A stretch of 64,000 bases of DNA, taken from contig DAHVLZ010000010.1 of assembly GCA_027320085.1 (NCBI GenBank), positions 32,001 through 96,000 of the forward strand. The letters are read 5' to 3'. The position numbers and the translations under genes are program-made. Below are positions 52,103-61,997 of this stretch, one piece after another. The DNA comes from Pseudomonadota bacterium (lineage in GTDB: Bacteria; Pseudomonadota; Gammaproteobacteria; JAKAQQ01). The notes beneath the pieces were generated by a model that had not been told where the DNA came from, ran no database searches, and saw nothing but the letters and a program-made list of their open reading frames with translations. Numbering within the stretch: the stretch's first letter is position 1; each line of letters begins with the position of its first letter.

Positions 52103-53104
52103 ATGCAGCCCATCGTCCAAATCGCCATCCGGGCCGCCCGCCGGGCCGGCGAGGTCATCCGCCGCCAAGCCGACCGGCTCGACCGTATCCGGGTTGAAGA
52201 AAAGGCACCCCACGATTTCGTGAGCGAGGTCGACCGGGCGGCCGAAGCCGCCATCGTCGAGGTGATCCGCTTCGCCCACCCCGATCACGCCATCCTGGCG
52301 GAGGAAGGCGGCCTGCTGGACCCGGGAGAGGGACGGGGCGGGGAACGCTGGATCGTGGATCCCCTGGATGGGACGACCAACTTTCTCCACGGGTTCCCGG
52401 TCTATGCCGTCTCCCTCGCTTTCGAACGTCGCGGGGTTCTCGAAGCCGGGGTGGTCTATGATCCCACCCGGGACGAATTGTTCGTCGCGAGCCGGGGCGA
52501 GGGGGCCCTCCTCAACGATCACCGGATCCGGGTCGCGAAGCGATTCCGGCTGGAAGACGCCCTCATCGGGACCGGCTTCCCGTTCCGGGACTTCGGCCGG
52601 CTGGGGGCCTATCTGGAACAGTTCCGCGCCCTCCTGCCCAAGGTCGCCGGCGTCCGGCGGGCGGGATCGGCGGCCCTCGATCTGGCCGCGGTCGCGGCAG
52701 GCCGGCTGGATGGCTTCTTCGAGCTCGGGCTCAAGCCCTGGGATATGGCCGCGGGGCTCCTGCTCGTCCAGGAGGCCGGTGGCGTGGCACAGGGTTTCGG
52801 GACCGCGGACCTCCCGCCACTGGAAAGCGGGGACGTGATCGCCGCAAACCCCCGCCTCCTCGAGGCTCTCCGAGCCCTCCTGAACCCGTTTTACGAGCCC
52901 TCAGGGTCCCTCGGCCAGGGCCGCCGGACGCTTGGGGAGGAGATCGGAGCGATCCACACCCAGCATGAGGGCGATCGCGCTCGCGATGAAGATCGACGAG
53001 TAGGTCCCGATCAGGATGCCCACAAAAAGGGCAATCGAAAATCCGCGCAGCACCGGGCCACCCACCACCAAAAGGGCAATCACGACCAGAAGGGTCATGA
53101 ATGA
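52103..53104 (+). CDS. suhB: Inositol monophosphatase SuhB (ORF reads into the secF antisense strand)
   Basis: WIVDPLDGTTNF, RRAGSAALD, PWDMAAG; homology ends near 52890. Confidence 0.92.
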   Translation: MQPIVQIAIRAARRAGEVIRRQADRLDRIRVEEKAPHDFVSEVDRAAEAAIVEVIRFAHPDHAILAEEGGLLDPGEGRGGERWIVDPLDGTTNFLHGFPVYAVSLAFERRGVLEAGVVYDPTRDELFVASRGEGALLNDHRIRVAKRFRLEDALIGTGFPFRDFGRLGAYLEQFRALLPKVAGVRRAGSAALDLAAVAAGRLDGFFELGLKPWDMAAGLLLVQEAGGVAQGFGTADLPPLESGDVIAANPRLLEALRALLNPFYEPSGSLGQGRRTLGEEIGAIHTQHEGDRARDEDRRVGPDQDAHKKGNRKSAQHRATHHQKGNHDQKGHE

Positions 53105-53830
53105 GGTCATGAGGGTCCTCGACAGGGTCTCATTGATCGCGATGTTCATGAGCTCGAACGGCGTGCCCTTCTTGAACTTGCGGAAATCCTCACGGATCCG
53201 GTCGAAGACCACCACCGTATCATTCAGTGAATAACCCATGATGGCCAGGATGGCGGCCAGCACATTGAGGTTGAAATCGATCCGGGTAAAGGAGAAAAAG
53301 CCGACCACAAAGATCACGTCGTGAACCGTGGCCGCGATGGCCCCCAGCGCGAAGCGCCACTCGAAACGGAACATGACATAGACGAAAATCAGGATCAGGG
53401 TGGCCAGCATGGCCGTCAAGCCCTTCTCCCGGAGTGCATGTCCCACCTGGGGACCGATCACCTCCTTGTCGACCAGCCGGGCCCCCGGAAAGTGGGCCGC
53501 CACGGTGCGGGCGATGGTCGAGGCGGCGAGGCTGGCCATGCCGGGTTTCTGCGGCTTGAGCCGGATCAGGACCTCGGGATGGTGGCCGAAGGGGCTCACA
53601 TGGGCACTCGGATAGCCGGCCGCCGTCACCACCGAGCGCACCTGACCCAGGGACGGCATCGTGGGGAAGCCCATTTCGACCACGACCCCACCCGTGAAAT
53701 CGAGCCCGAGGTTGAGACCCTGGATGGCCAGGGATCCCAGGGCCGCCACGAAAACCAGGGTGGAGGCCACGAGCGCGACCCGGCGCGCCGACAGGAAGTT
53801 GATGTGGGGAACGCGGTGAAAGAACTCCAT
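52901..53830 (-). CDS. secF: Protein translocase subunit SecF
   Basis: GLDFTGG, GYSLNDTVVVFDRIRE, GTYSS. Confidence 0.97.
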   Translation of the reverse strand: MEFFHRVPHINFLSARRVALVASTLVFVAALGSLAIQGLNLGLDFTGGVVVEMGFPTMPSLGQVRSVVTAAGYPSAHVSPFGHHPEVLIRLKPQKPGMASLAASTIARTVAAHFPGARLVDKEVIGPQVGHALREKGLTAMLATLILIFVYVMFRFEWRFALGAIAATVHDVIFVVGFFSFTRIDFNLNVLAAILAIMGYSLNDTVVVFDRIREDFRKFKKGTPFELMNIAINETLSRTLMTSFMTLLVVIALLVVGGPVLRGFSIALFVGILIGTYSSIFIASAIALMLGVDRSDLLPKRPAALAEGP

Positions 53831-53842
53831 GGACGACGATCC

Positions 53843-55687
53843 TCAGACGGGCAGACGGGTGAGACGGCGGCCGCCGTAGAGGGCATTCGTGATGGCCCGG
53901 CTGTTCATGACGGCCGTGTAGAGGGAAGTCAGGATGCCGAGACAGAGCGTGATGGCAAATCCCTTGACGGGCCCGCTGCCCAGCAAAAACAGGAGGACTC
54001 CGGCGATGAGCGCCGTGACATGCGAGTCGACGATGGTTCCCCAGGCGCGTTCATAACCGGCATGGATGGCCGCCTGCGGGCTCGCCCCGTTGCGCACCTC
54101 CTCGCGGATCCGCTCGTAGATGAGGACGTTGGCGTCGATGGCCATACCGACGGTGAGCACCATGCCGGCGATGCCCGGCAGGGTGAGCGTGGCCTGGAGA
54201 ATCGACAACAGGGCCACAATCAGGACCAGGTTCACGAGCAAGGCGAGGTCGGCGATCACGCCGAACCACTTGTAGTAGAAGGCCATGAAAAGCACGACCA
54301 GGGCAAAACCCAGCACCACGGCCGCCACCCCATCGCGGATGTTCTGCCGTCCGAGGCTCGGGCCGATGGTCCGCTCGGCGACGACGGTCATCGGGGCCGC
54401 GAGCGGGGTGCGCAAGAGCAGGGCGAGCTTCTCGGCCTGCCGGTTGGTGAGTCCCGTGATCTGGAAGTTGTTCGAGAAAACGCCCTCGATGGTCGCGATG
54501 TTGATGACCCGTTCGATCTTGTGCGTGATGAGCACGGAGTGGCCATCGACCGTCCGGTGCTCGCTCCGGTTCTGGATATAGAGCACGGCCATCGGTTTGC
54601 CCAGGTGGTGGCTCGTGGTCCGGAGCATGCGCCGCCCGCCGGCCGAATTCAGGGTGACATTGACGGCGGGAGAGCCATTCACATAGCTGGAGATGGCATT
54701 CACGATGTCGCGCCCCCCCACGATGCTCCCCGCATCCAGGAGGACGGGCGTACCGGCCGTCGTGGTGAAGCGACGAGCCCCGCGCGGAGTCTGGCCGGTC
54801 TCGAGGGCGTTTTCGGCCGCCGGCGAGTCGTCGACCAGCCGGAACTGGACGGTGGCCGTATCCCCGAGCCGGCGTTCGGCACGGGCGGCATCCTCGATCC
54901 CGGGCAGTTCGACCACCACATGCCGGGCTCCCTGCTGTTCGACCACCGAGGCGGTGACCCCGAGCTCGTTGACCCGGCGCCTCAAGGCCGCGACATCATC
55001 GACGATGGCCCCCTGGTCCAGGTGGGTCCGCATGGCGGAACCGTAGCGGGCCCGGATCACGGGGAAGCCGTGCGCGACGCCGGTCGTGAGGAGCAGGTTG
55101 GGATGATCGGTCCTGAGAAGCTTCAAGGTCGGCTTGAGGTTCTGGGGCGAGACGAGCTCGATATGGAGCGCGTGGGCGGCCTCGCGGATCCCGAGGTAGT
55201 GGATCCGGTGGTGACGGAGCAGGGACTCGATCCCGCTGCGGTCCCGGCTCAGCGCATCGTGCTGGGCCGCCCGCGTGTCCACCTCGAGCAGGAAATAGAT
55301 CCCCCCGCGCAGATCCAACCCCTCCGGCATGGGTTTGAGCCCGAGCGAACGGAGCCAGGCCGGGGTTTCCGGGACGAGATTGGGCGCAACCGAATAGTTC
55401 CTGCCCAGCCAGTCTTTGAGCCGGACCAGGGCCAGACGCTGGGTCGCCCGATGAGGGAAAACCAGAAGGACGTGATCGGCTTCGACCGAAGCCCTGAGCG
55501 GAGTCAGGGCATGGTGACGGAGCTGACGCTCGATGCGCGGCAGGAGGTCGGGGGCGACCACCGAGGCCCCGATCCGCGTGACATTGAGGGCGGGGGCCTC
55601 CGGATAGAGATTGGGCAGGGCCAGGAGGATCGCCACGAGGGTGACGAGCACAACCAGGACGTTCTTCCAGAGCGGATAGCGGTTCAT
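53843..55687 (-). CDS. secD: Protein translocase subunit SecD
   Basis: GLDLRGG, GPSLG, DANVLIYERIRE. Confidence 0.97.
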   Translation of the reverse strand: MNRYPLWKNVLVVLVTLVAILLALPNLYPEAPALNVTRIGASVVAPDLLPRIERQLRHHALTPLRASVEADHVLLVFPHRATQRLALVRLKDWLGRNYSVAPNLVPETPAWLRSLGLKPMPEGLDLRGGIYFLLEVDTRAAQHDALSRDRSGIESLLRHHRIHYLGIREAAHALHIELVSPQNLKPTLKLLRTDHPNLLLTTGVAHGFPVIRARYGSAMRTHLDQGAIVDDVAALRRRVNELGVTASVVEQQGARHVVVELPGIEDAARAERRLGDTATVQFRLVDDSPAAENALETGQTPRGARRFTTTAGTPVLLDAGSIVGGRDIVNAISSYVNGSPAVNVTLNSAGGRRMLRTTSHHLGKPMAVLYIQNRSEHRTVDGHSVLITHKIERVINIATIEGVFSNNFQITGLTNRQAEKLALLLRTPLAAPMTVVAERTIGPSLGRQNIRDGVAAVVLGFALVVLFMAFYYKWFGVIADLALLVNLVLIVALLSILQATLTLPGIAGMVLTVGMAIDANVLIYERIREEVRNGASPQAAIHAGYERAWGTIVDSHVTALIAGVLLFLLGSGPVKGFAITLCLGILTSLYTAVMNSRAITNALYGGRRLTRLPV

Positions 55688-55730
55688 CGGTTCATGGCAG
55701 GGTTGGGGCCCGAACCCGGAGATCCGGGGT

Positions 55731-56066
55731 CTAGACGGGTTTCAGGGTTCCTTTGGGATAGACCGCAATTACGGCCTGGCGCTGGAGGGTGACTTCGACA
55801 CCCGGTGCCGTCTCCAGGGCAATGGCTTGTTCATTGAGCCGGACAACCCGTCCCACGAGCCCCCCCTGGGTCAACACCTCGTCTCCCGTGGCCAGCCCCT
55901 CGATCAACTTCCGGTGCTCTTTCTGGCGCTTGCTCTGGGGCCGGATGGCCACGAAATAGAAAAACAGGATGAAGATGACGAAAATCACGACGAGCTGCCA
56001 GAGCCCGCCCGTCGGTTGGGCCGCCGGGCTGGTGCCCTGGGCCCAGGCATTGGTGATCAGGTTCAT
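55731..56066 (-). CDS. yajC: Preprotein translocase subunit YajC
   Basis: IRPQSKR, GDEVLTQGG, PKGTLK. Confidence 0.95.
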   Translation of the reverse strand: MNLITNAWAQGTSPAAQPTGGLWQLVVIFVIFILFFYFVAIRPQSKRQKEHRKLIEGLATGDEVLTQGGLVGRVVRLNEQAIALETAPGVEVTLQRQAVIAVYPKGTLKPV

Positions 56067-56101
56067 GAGAATCCCCGCCAGTCCGGATGGTCCGGCGGGC
56101 A

Positions 56102-57214
56102 TTATCGCATAGCTGATCCACTCTGTTGCTGGCGCTCGAACGCGGCCACGGACTCGGCCAGGCAGCCGGCCTGGATGGCCTCCCGCAGCCTGGCCAGGAG
56201 TCCCTGGTAATAGGTCAGGTTATGGAGGGTGAGGAGCCGGAGCGCCAGGGGATCTCCGATGCGGTCGAGATGGTGGAGGTAGGCCCGGCTGTGGTGCCGG
56301 CAGGCCCGGCACGGACAGTCCGGCTCGATCGGGGACTCGTCCAGGCGGTAGCGGCTGTTGCGCAGTCTCAGGATTCCGGCCCGGGTGAACAGGTGGGCAT
56401 TGCGCCCATTGCGGGTCGGGAGCACGCAATCGAAAAGGTCGATGCCGCGGCAGACGGCGGCCACGAGATCGGCCGGCTTGCCCACCCCCATGAGATAGCG
56501 GGGCCGGTCCGCCGGCAGGAGGGCCGAGAGCGCATCCAGCACCGCCTCCCGCGCCGTGGCGGGTTCGCCGACGGCCAGCCCGCCCACGGCATAGCCGTCG
56601 AATCCGAGGGGGGTGAGACCCTCGAAGGACCGCCTTCGCAAGTCCGGGTCGATGCCGCCCTGGATGATGCCGAAGAGGGCGCCCGCCCCGTCCGCCGACG
56701 CGCTCCGGCACCGTGCGGCCCAGAGGAGCGACCGCCGGAGGGCGGATTCAACCTCCTCCCGGGGTGCCGGGTAGGACGGACACTGGTCCAGGACCATCCG
56801 GATGTCGCTGCCGAGCTGTTTCTGAATCTCGATGGCCCCCTCGGGGGTCAGGCGGAAACGCCGTCCGTCCACGGGTGCCTGAAACGTGACCCCCTCGTCG
56901 TCGAGCGTCCGCCGGTGGGCGAGACTCATGACCTGGAATCCGCCCGAGTCGGTGAGAATCGGTCCCTCCCAGCCCATGAAGGCATGGAGTCCGCCCATCC
57001 GTCCGATCACCTCGAGCCCGGGACGCAGCGCGAGATGCAGGGTGTTGCCGAGGATCATCTGGGCGCCGGTCGCCCGAAGGTCCTCCGGATCGAGCGCCTT
57101 GACCGCCCCGTAGGTCCCGACGGGCATGAAGGCCGGGGTGTCGACCGTGCCGTGATCGAGCGTGAGCCGTCCCCGGCGGGCCCGACCCTCGGTTGCCAGA
57201 CACTCAAAGCGCAT
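56102..57214 (-). CDS. tgt: tRNA-guanine transglycosylase
   Basis: TPAFMPVGT, TDSGGFQV, FDCVLPTR, CPCRAC. Confidence 0.97.
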   Translation of the reverse strand: MRFECLATEGRARRGRLTLDHGTVDTPAFMPVGTYGAVKALDPEDLRATGAQMILGNTLHLALRPGLEVIGRMGGLHAFMGWEGPILTDSGGFQVMSLAHRRTLDDEGVTFQAPVDGRRFRLTPEGAIEIQKQLGSDIRMVLDQCPSYPAPREEVESALRRSLLWAARCRSASADGAGALFGIIQGGIDPDLRRRSFEGLTPLGFDGYAVGGLAVGEPATAREAVLDALSALLPADRPRYLMGVGKPADLVAAVCRGIDLFDCVLPTRNGRNAHLFTRAGILRLRNSRYRLDESPIEPDCPCRACRHHSRAYLHHLDRIGDPLALRLLTLHNLTYYQGLLARLREAIQAGCLAESVAAFERQQQSGSAMR

Positions 57215-58244
57215 GGCGGGACGGAAGCCACATGGCATCCCCGTAGCTCAGAAACCGGTATCCCGCCCCGAGTGCGTGGGCATAGGCCGTGCGGATCCGC
57301 TCAAGGCCGGCGAAGGCGGAGACGAGACACAGGAGCGTCGAGCCCGGCTGGTGAAAATTCGTGAGCAGGGCATCGGTCAGTCGAAACTCGAAACCCGGGC
57401 GGATGAAAAGCCGGGTCTGTCCGGAACCTGCGGTGAGCGGATGGTCGGGGTAGCCCGATCGGCGCGCCAATGTCTCCAAGACCCGCACGACCGTGGTGCC
57501 GACGGCGATGACGCGTCCGCCCCGGCTTTTGGCCGCAACCAGTGCCGAGACAGTCGCCTCGCTCACCTGATAGCGCTCCTCGTGCATTTCATGATCCTCG
57601 ATCCGCTCGGTGCGCACGGGCTCGAAGGTTCCCGGCCCGACATGGAGGGTCACGGCCGTCCGGGCCACGCCACGGGCCGCAAGCGCACCGAGCAGCCCCT
57701 CGTCGAAATGGAGCCCTGCGGTGGGCGCCGCAACCGATCCCGGCTCACGGGCAAAAACCGTCTGGTAACGCTCCTGATCGAGCGCTTCCGCCGCCCGTCC
57801 GAGATAAGGCGGCAGCGGGACCTCGCCTGCCGTGGAGAGGACATCCGCCCAGCCCCCCTCCTCGAGCACGAGCTGCCACCGATCCCCGTCGCGGCTCACA
57901 ACCCGGATACGGAAACCGGGTTCGAGGCGGAGCAAAGCGCCGGGGGCCAGGCGGTGCCGGGTCCGGAGCCAGGCCCAGGCCAGAGCGCCTGCGGGCGCCT
58001 CGATGAGGAGGATCTCGATCCGGCCCCCGGTCTCCTTCCGGGCCCGGAGCCGGGCCGGGATCACGCGGGAGTCATTGACGACGACGAGATCGCCGGGCGC
58101 AAGGCAAGCCGGCCAGTCCCGCATGAAACCGTCCCGGAGCCCCCGGGGTCCGACCGTGAGCAGGCGGCTTGCGCTGCGCTGCGAGAGGGGATAACGGGCA
58201 ATCCGGTCCGCCGGAAGCACATAGTCGAAATCCGCCCGGTTCAT
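57204..58244 (-). CDS. queA: SAM:tRNA ribosyltransferase-isomerase
   Basis: PLPPY, YQTVF, AAPTAGLHF, TNFH, SYGDAM. Confidence 0.97.
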   Translation of the reverse strand: MNRADFDYVLPADRIARYPLSQRSASRLLTVGPRGLRDGFMRDWPACLAPGDLVVVNDSRVIPARLRARKETGGRIEILLIEAPAGALAWAWLRTRHRLAPGALLRLEPGFRIRVVSRDGDRWQLVLEEGGWADVLSTAGEVPLPPYLGRAAEALDQERYQTVFAREPGSVAAPTAGLHFDEGLLGALAARGVARTAVTLHVGPGTFEPVRTERIEDHEMHEERYQVSEATVSALVAAKSRGGRVIAVGTTVVRVLETLARRSGYPDHPLTAGSGQTRLFIRPGFEFRLTDALLTNFHQPGSTLLCLVSAFAGLERIRTAYAHALGAGYRFLSYGDAMWLPSRHAL

Positions 58245-58339
58245 GACATTGCCCGCCGAAACCCCACCCCGGACATTTTATGAGGTTTGACCATGGGACA
58301 GAGCTTGGTAGACTAGACTTCCGTTTCCAAGTCCCGTGC

Positions 58340-59185
58340 ATGTCCCCGTCGACCCCACCCTCAAGGACCCGCCCCACGGAGTGGCTGGACGGTCTGACTG
58401 CCGCTCCTGCGTGGCAGCGGGGGGTCTTTTTGTGCCTCTTCGTCCTGATCGCGCTCTGGGGCAGCATCCGGCCGGTCAGGGCCGACTACAACTGGAACGA
58501 GATCGAGGCCGACAAATCTCTCCTCACCCAAACCACCGAGTCATCCGGCCTTCAGGGTTCCGTCAACTTGGGCTATCTCGCCACCACGGGCAACAGCGTG
58601 TCGAGAAGCCTCAATGCCAAGGTTCTCATGGGCTACCGCGTGGGCCCGTGGCGGACCGATCTCAACCTGAACTGGATCCAGGCCAGTGCTGCCGGGGTTC
58701 TCTCCGACCAGAGCCGGGAAGCCAGTTCCCAGACCGACTACGACTTCAACAGTCATAACTACACCTTTCTCTATCTCGATTACCTGAATGCGCCCTTCAG
58801 CGGTTACCTCCGCCGCTACACCGAAGTTGTGGGTTACGGTCGCCGGCTCATCGCGATCCCGGGCCAGTCCCTGGATGCGGAGCTCGGTGTGGGCGCCCGC
58901 CAGACCCTGCCCACGACCGGTCCCTCGCGCAGTTCGGCCATCGAACGGTTGGCCCTGAACTACCGCTGGAGAATCAGCCGGACGAGTTCCCTGGTCGAAG
59001 GGGTGAGCCTCGCCCGCGGTACGACCAGCACCTACTCGGAATCCAGTACCTCGCTCATCCTCCACGTCGCGGGCAACCTGGCCCTCTCGGCGTCCTATAC
59101 CATCTCCCATGATTCCACCGTCCCGGTGGGCTTTCTCAAGACGAACACGGAGACTTCCGTGTCGCTGATCTACAGCTTCAACTGA
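58340..59185 (+). CDS. DUF481/YdiY-like outer membrane beta-barrel (start uncertain)
   Basis: Signal-like segment, GYLATTGNS, GYGRRL, terminal YSFN. Confidence 0.8.
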   Translation: MSPSTPPSRTRPTEWLDGLTAAPAWQRGVFLCLFVLIALWGSIRPVRADYNWNEIEADKSLLTQTTESSGLQGSVNLGYLATTGNSVSRSLNAKVLMGYRVGPWRTDLNLNWIQASAAGVLSDQSREASSQTDYDFNSHNYTFLYLDYLNAPFSGYLRRYTEVVGYGRRLIAIPGQSLDAELGVGARQTLPTTGPSRSSAIERLALNYRWRISRTSSLVEGVSLARGTTSTYSESSTSLILHVAGNLALSASYTISHDSTVPVGFLKTNTETSVSLIYSFN

Positions 59186-59379
59186 ACGGGTTGCCGGGGA
59201 TCCCCACGGGATCCCGGAAACATCCGTGTTCGGGACGCGGTGGGACAGTTCGCTCGACCCGCTCCCCATTCCCGTTCCATGAGGCAAGGGTCCAGATCCG
59301 GGCAGGCTCCTCCTGGTTTGCCGGGGCGAGCCGGTTCGGCGATAATTCGGGGCTTGGATGTTCTCCAGGATGGTGGCCT

Positions 59380-59466
59380 GCCGGGGTGGCGGAACTGGTA
59401 GACGCGCCGGACTCAAAATCCGGTTGGGGAAACCCAGTGAGGGTTCGATTCCCTCCCCCGGCACCA
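59380..59466 (+). tRNA. tRNA-Leu(CAA), intron-less
   Basis: Cloverleaf with long variable arm; CCGGA-CTCAAAA-TCCGG anticodon arm; GTTCGA; CCA end. Confidence 0.97.
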
Positions 59467-59743
59467 AGAGGCTTTCTCACTCACTCCCGCTCTGTCTAAT
59501 ACCATATAAGAATCATAGCGTTATGTTTATACAAGATGGAATAGAATCCTTCCAGACCTTGCGGGAGCATTCCAGTTGGAGGCATCCTCTGATGCGCGTG
59601 ATTCAAAATCTAAAATATAGAAATCAAAAGCAATAGTAAATCCTTCCTCTACAAATAGTTATTTACAGAATCTCGATTTGTGATATCCATACACAACTCT
59701 TTCACAGTTTCACACTTTTGAGAGAGTTTGGGAGGATATTCCC

Positions 59744-60969
59744 GTGGCCGAACACCACACCATTCTCGGCGGCAAAGTCCACGTGTACATGCGGCCCAAC
59801 AGCAGCCACTGGCAGTGCTCCACCTACCTCGCGGGCAAGAACCGGCGTCTCAGCACGAAAGACGACAGCCTCGCGAGGGCCAAGGAGATTGCCGAGGACT
59901 GGTATCTGCAACTGCGCGGCAAGCTCCGGAGCGGCGAAATCAAATCCGAAAAGACCTTCGGCGAAGCGGCGGAGCAGTTCCTCCGCGAATATGAAATCAT
60001 CTGCGCATGAGCGCGCACCTCGTCCCCTTCTTCGGGAAGATGGGCCTCTCCGAGATCACCTCCGGAACGGTGCAGGAATACAGAATCCACCGGCTGCAGC
60101 AGGCGATGAAGAAGTTCAACAAGCCGCCCGCCCGCAGCACCATTCACCAGGAAATCGTTTGCTTGCGGCAGGCCCTCAAAACAGCTATCCGCCACGGATG
60201 GCTGGACCGCCTGCCGGACCTCTCGGAACCCTATAGGGCTTCCGGCAAAATCTCGCACCGGACATGGTTTTCGCCGGAGGAATACAAGAAGCTCTACGAG
60301 GCCACGCGCGAGCGCGCGCACCATCCGCTCAATCCCCGCTATCAGTGGGAATCAGAACAGATGCATGATTATGTTCTGTTCATGGCGAATACGGGTCTGG
60401 GCCCCGACGAGGCCCGGCGTCTCCAGTTCCGCGATGTCACCATCGCAAAGGATGACGGCCTCAAGAAAGAAATCCTGGAAATCGAGGTTCGGGGCAAGCG
60501 CGGCGTCGGCTATTGCAAGAGTATGCCGGGCGCCGTGGTTCCCTTCGAGCGCCTCAAGGCGCGCAATGTTGAAAAGCGCAAGCAGGAAGCGGAGAAGGCG
60601 GCACGGAAAGCCGGGGCCGCTCCGCAGGCGAACGGCCAGACGGGAGCGAGCAAGGAACCTGATCCCACCGACCTGCTTTTTCCGAAGTCCCATCGGGAGC
60701 TGTTCAATGCCATTCTGGATGAACAGGCACTCAAGACCGACCGGGAGGGCCAGCCGCGCACGGCCTACAGCCTGCGCCACACCTACATCTGCCTGCGACT
60801 GATGGAAGGGGCCGACATCTACCAGATCGCCAAGAACTGCCGCACCAGTGTCGAGATGATCGAAAAATACTACGCCTCCCACATCAAGAACAGCCTCGAC
60901 GCAGCGGCGATCAACGTGATGAAACCGAAACGGCCCAAAGAGAAGCAAAATAAAAACGACGAGAAATAA
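59744..60969 (+). pseudogene. Tyrosine recombinase/integrase, split and catalytically damaged
   Basis: Arm-binding ORF 59744-60010 and catalytic ORF 60007-60969 in different frames; TGLGPDE (expected TGLR), YSLRHTY, IEKYY. Confidence 0.88.
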
Positions 60970-61029
60970 ACGCGCAGCCCGAAGTCACCGTGCCTTCTTT
61001 GCGCGACTGGGTTATTATTTGAATGGTGT

Positions 61030-61350
61030 GCCGGCGTGGCGGAATGGCAGACGCGGCGGACTCAAGCCAGAATTGAGTGCTCGCCGGGAAACCGGCGATG
61101 CAGAACTGCTCAAAGTCGGGGAAGCCTGAAATGGTAATCCCGAGCCAAGCCTGAACGGACAGTTCAGGAAGGTGTAGAGACTAGACGGGCAGCACCTAAC
61201 CTCCGAATTCTCCGGAGCACGGTGAAGGGATAGTCCAGACCACAAACTTCCGTGAAGGCTCCTGCCTGACGGAAGGCGGCGAAAGCCGTAGAGGCAAGAA
61301 AATCCGCTGGGCGCAAGCCCGTGTGGGTTCGACTCCCTCCGCCGGCACCA
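61030..61350 (+). tRNA. tRNA-Leu(CAA) interrupted in the anticodon (exons 61030-61063 and 61299-61350)
   Basis: Joined exons give an 86-nt Leu-type cloverleaf with GCGGA-CTC^AAAA-TCCGC and a CCA end. Confidence 0.92.
61064..61298 (+). ncRNA. Group I intron (IC3-like), 235 nt, no ORF
   Basis: P1 ACTCAA/TTGAGT; core GAAGGTGTAGAGACTAGACGG...CACCTAA...GGTGAAGGGATAGTCC; GAAA tetraloops; terminal G. Confidence 0.93.
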
Positions 61351-61659
61351 ACTTTCCTTTGCCGTCGCTTCGGAGCCGAAAAGACCGCGGGTCACCATGA
61401 ATCCGCTTCGGCGTAGGGGATGGCACCGTCCTGCGCAGGGCAATTTCCTTAAGTTTCCGTACGCCGGGGAAAAAGCGGGACAGTTGCTCCCGCCCCGGCA
61501 GCATAGGATGGAACCATCCGGTGTTTCTCTGTTCAGAAACCACGCTGCTTGCTGCAACATTCGCACTGGCTATCCGTTGGATATCTCCTGCAGAGAACGT
61601 GCGGTCGTCAGAGACCGAGTACGCCCTCACGTGCGAAAGATTTACCAGCCGACCAGGAA

Positions 61660-61950
61660 CTACTTCTTGCCGCAGGTCTGGCTCACATTAGCAGACACGA
61701 GTGTATAAGAGTCGATCTCTAGAGATTTGCCCGTCTTCCCATTGTGTTTCTTGCAAAGCGGAACAATGTACCAGCTCTTGTCAGTGGCACTGTCCTTCTG
61801 GACGTGGGCGCCCACCAGGTCTATTTCAAAGCATTTTTCTACAGGGCAGTATGTGGGAACGGTCCCGCCGCCGAATTTCTTCCAATGATCGAGCCAGCTA
61901 CCGCACTTGCATGTATTGTCGCTCGTACCGTTAACGTTGATTACCTTCAT
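61660..61950 (-). CDS. Small Cys/His-rich protein, HNH (beta-beta-alpha-Me)-like
   Basis: GGAG RBS; CKC, C-x4-C, GAHV...IVPLCKKHN. Confidence 0.7.
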   Translation of the reverse strand: MKVINVNGTSDNTCKCGSWLDHWKKFGGGTVPTYCPVEKCFEIDLVGAHVQKDSATDKSWYIVPLCKKHNGKTGKSLEIDSYTLVSANVSQTCGKK

Positions 61951-61997
61951 GATGTTCTCCTTATGAGTCGATGTCTCCCGCGATCAGGCGGGCAGCC

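Larger units (their letters stand above)
59441..61350 (+). mobile_element. Putative minimal integrative unit bounded by tRNA-Leu 3'-end direct repeats
   Basis: 24/26-bp direct repeat at 59441-59466 and 61325-61350 enclosing the integrase and the intron-containing tRNA. Confidence 0.55.

Noticed and set aside
53321-55792. 823-aa plus-strand ORF and similar long ORFs (20814-22715, 4027-5958, 37043-38674)
   Set aside because: Antisense shadows of real genes in high-GC DNA.
61030-61350. Reading the split tRNA as tRNA-Phe(GAA) spliced after U33
   Set aside because: The intron would end in A rather than G, and the body has a Leu-type long variable arm.
61015-61630. ORFs overlapping the intron as a homing endonuclease
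   Set aside because: Antisense translations of tRNA/intron sequence with no nuclease motif.
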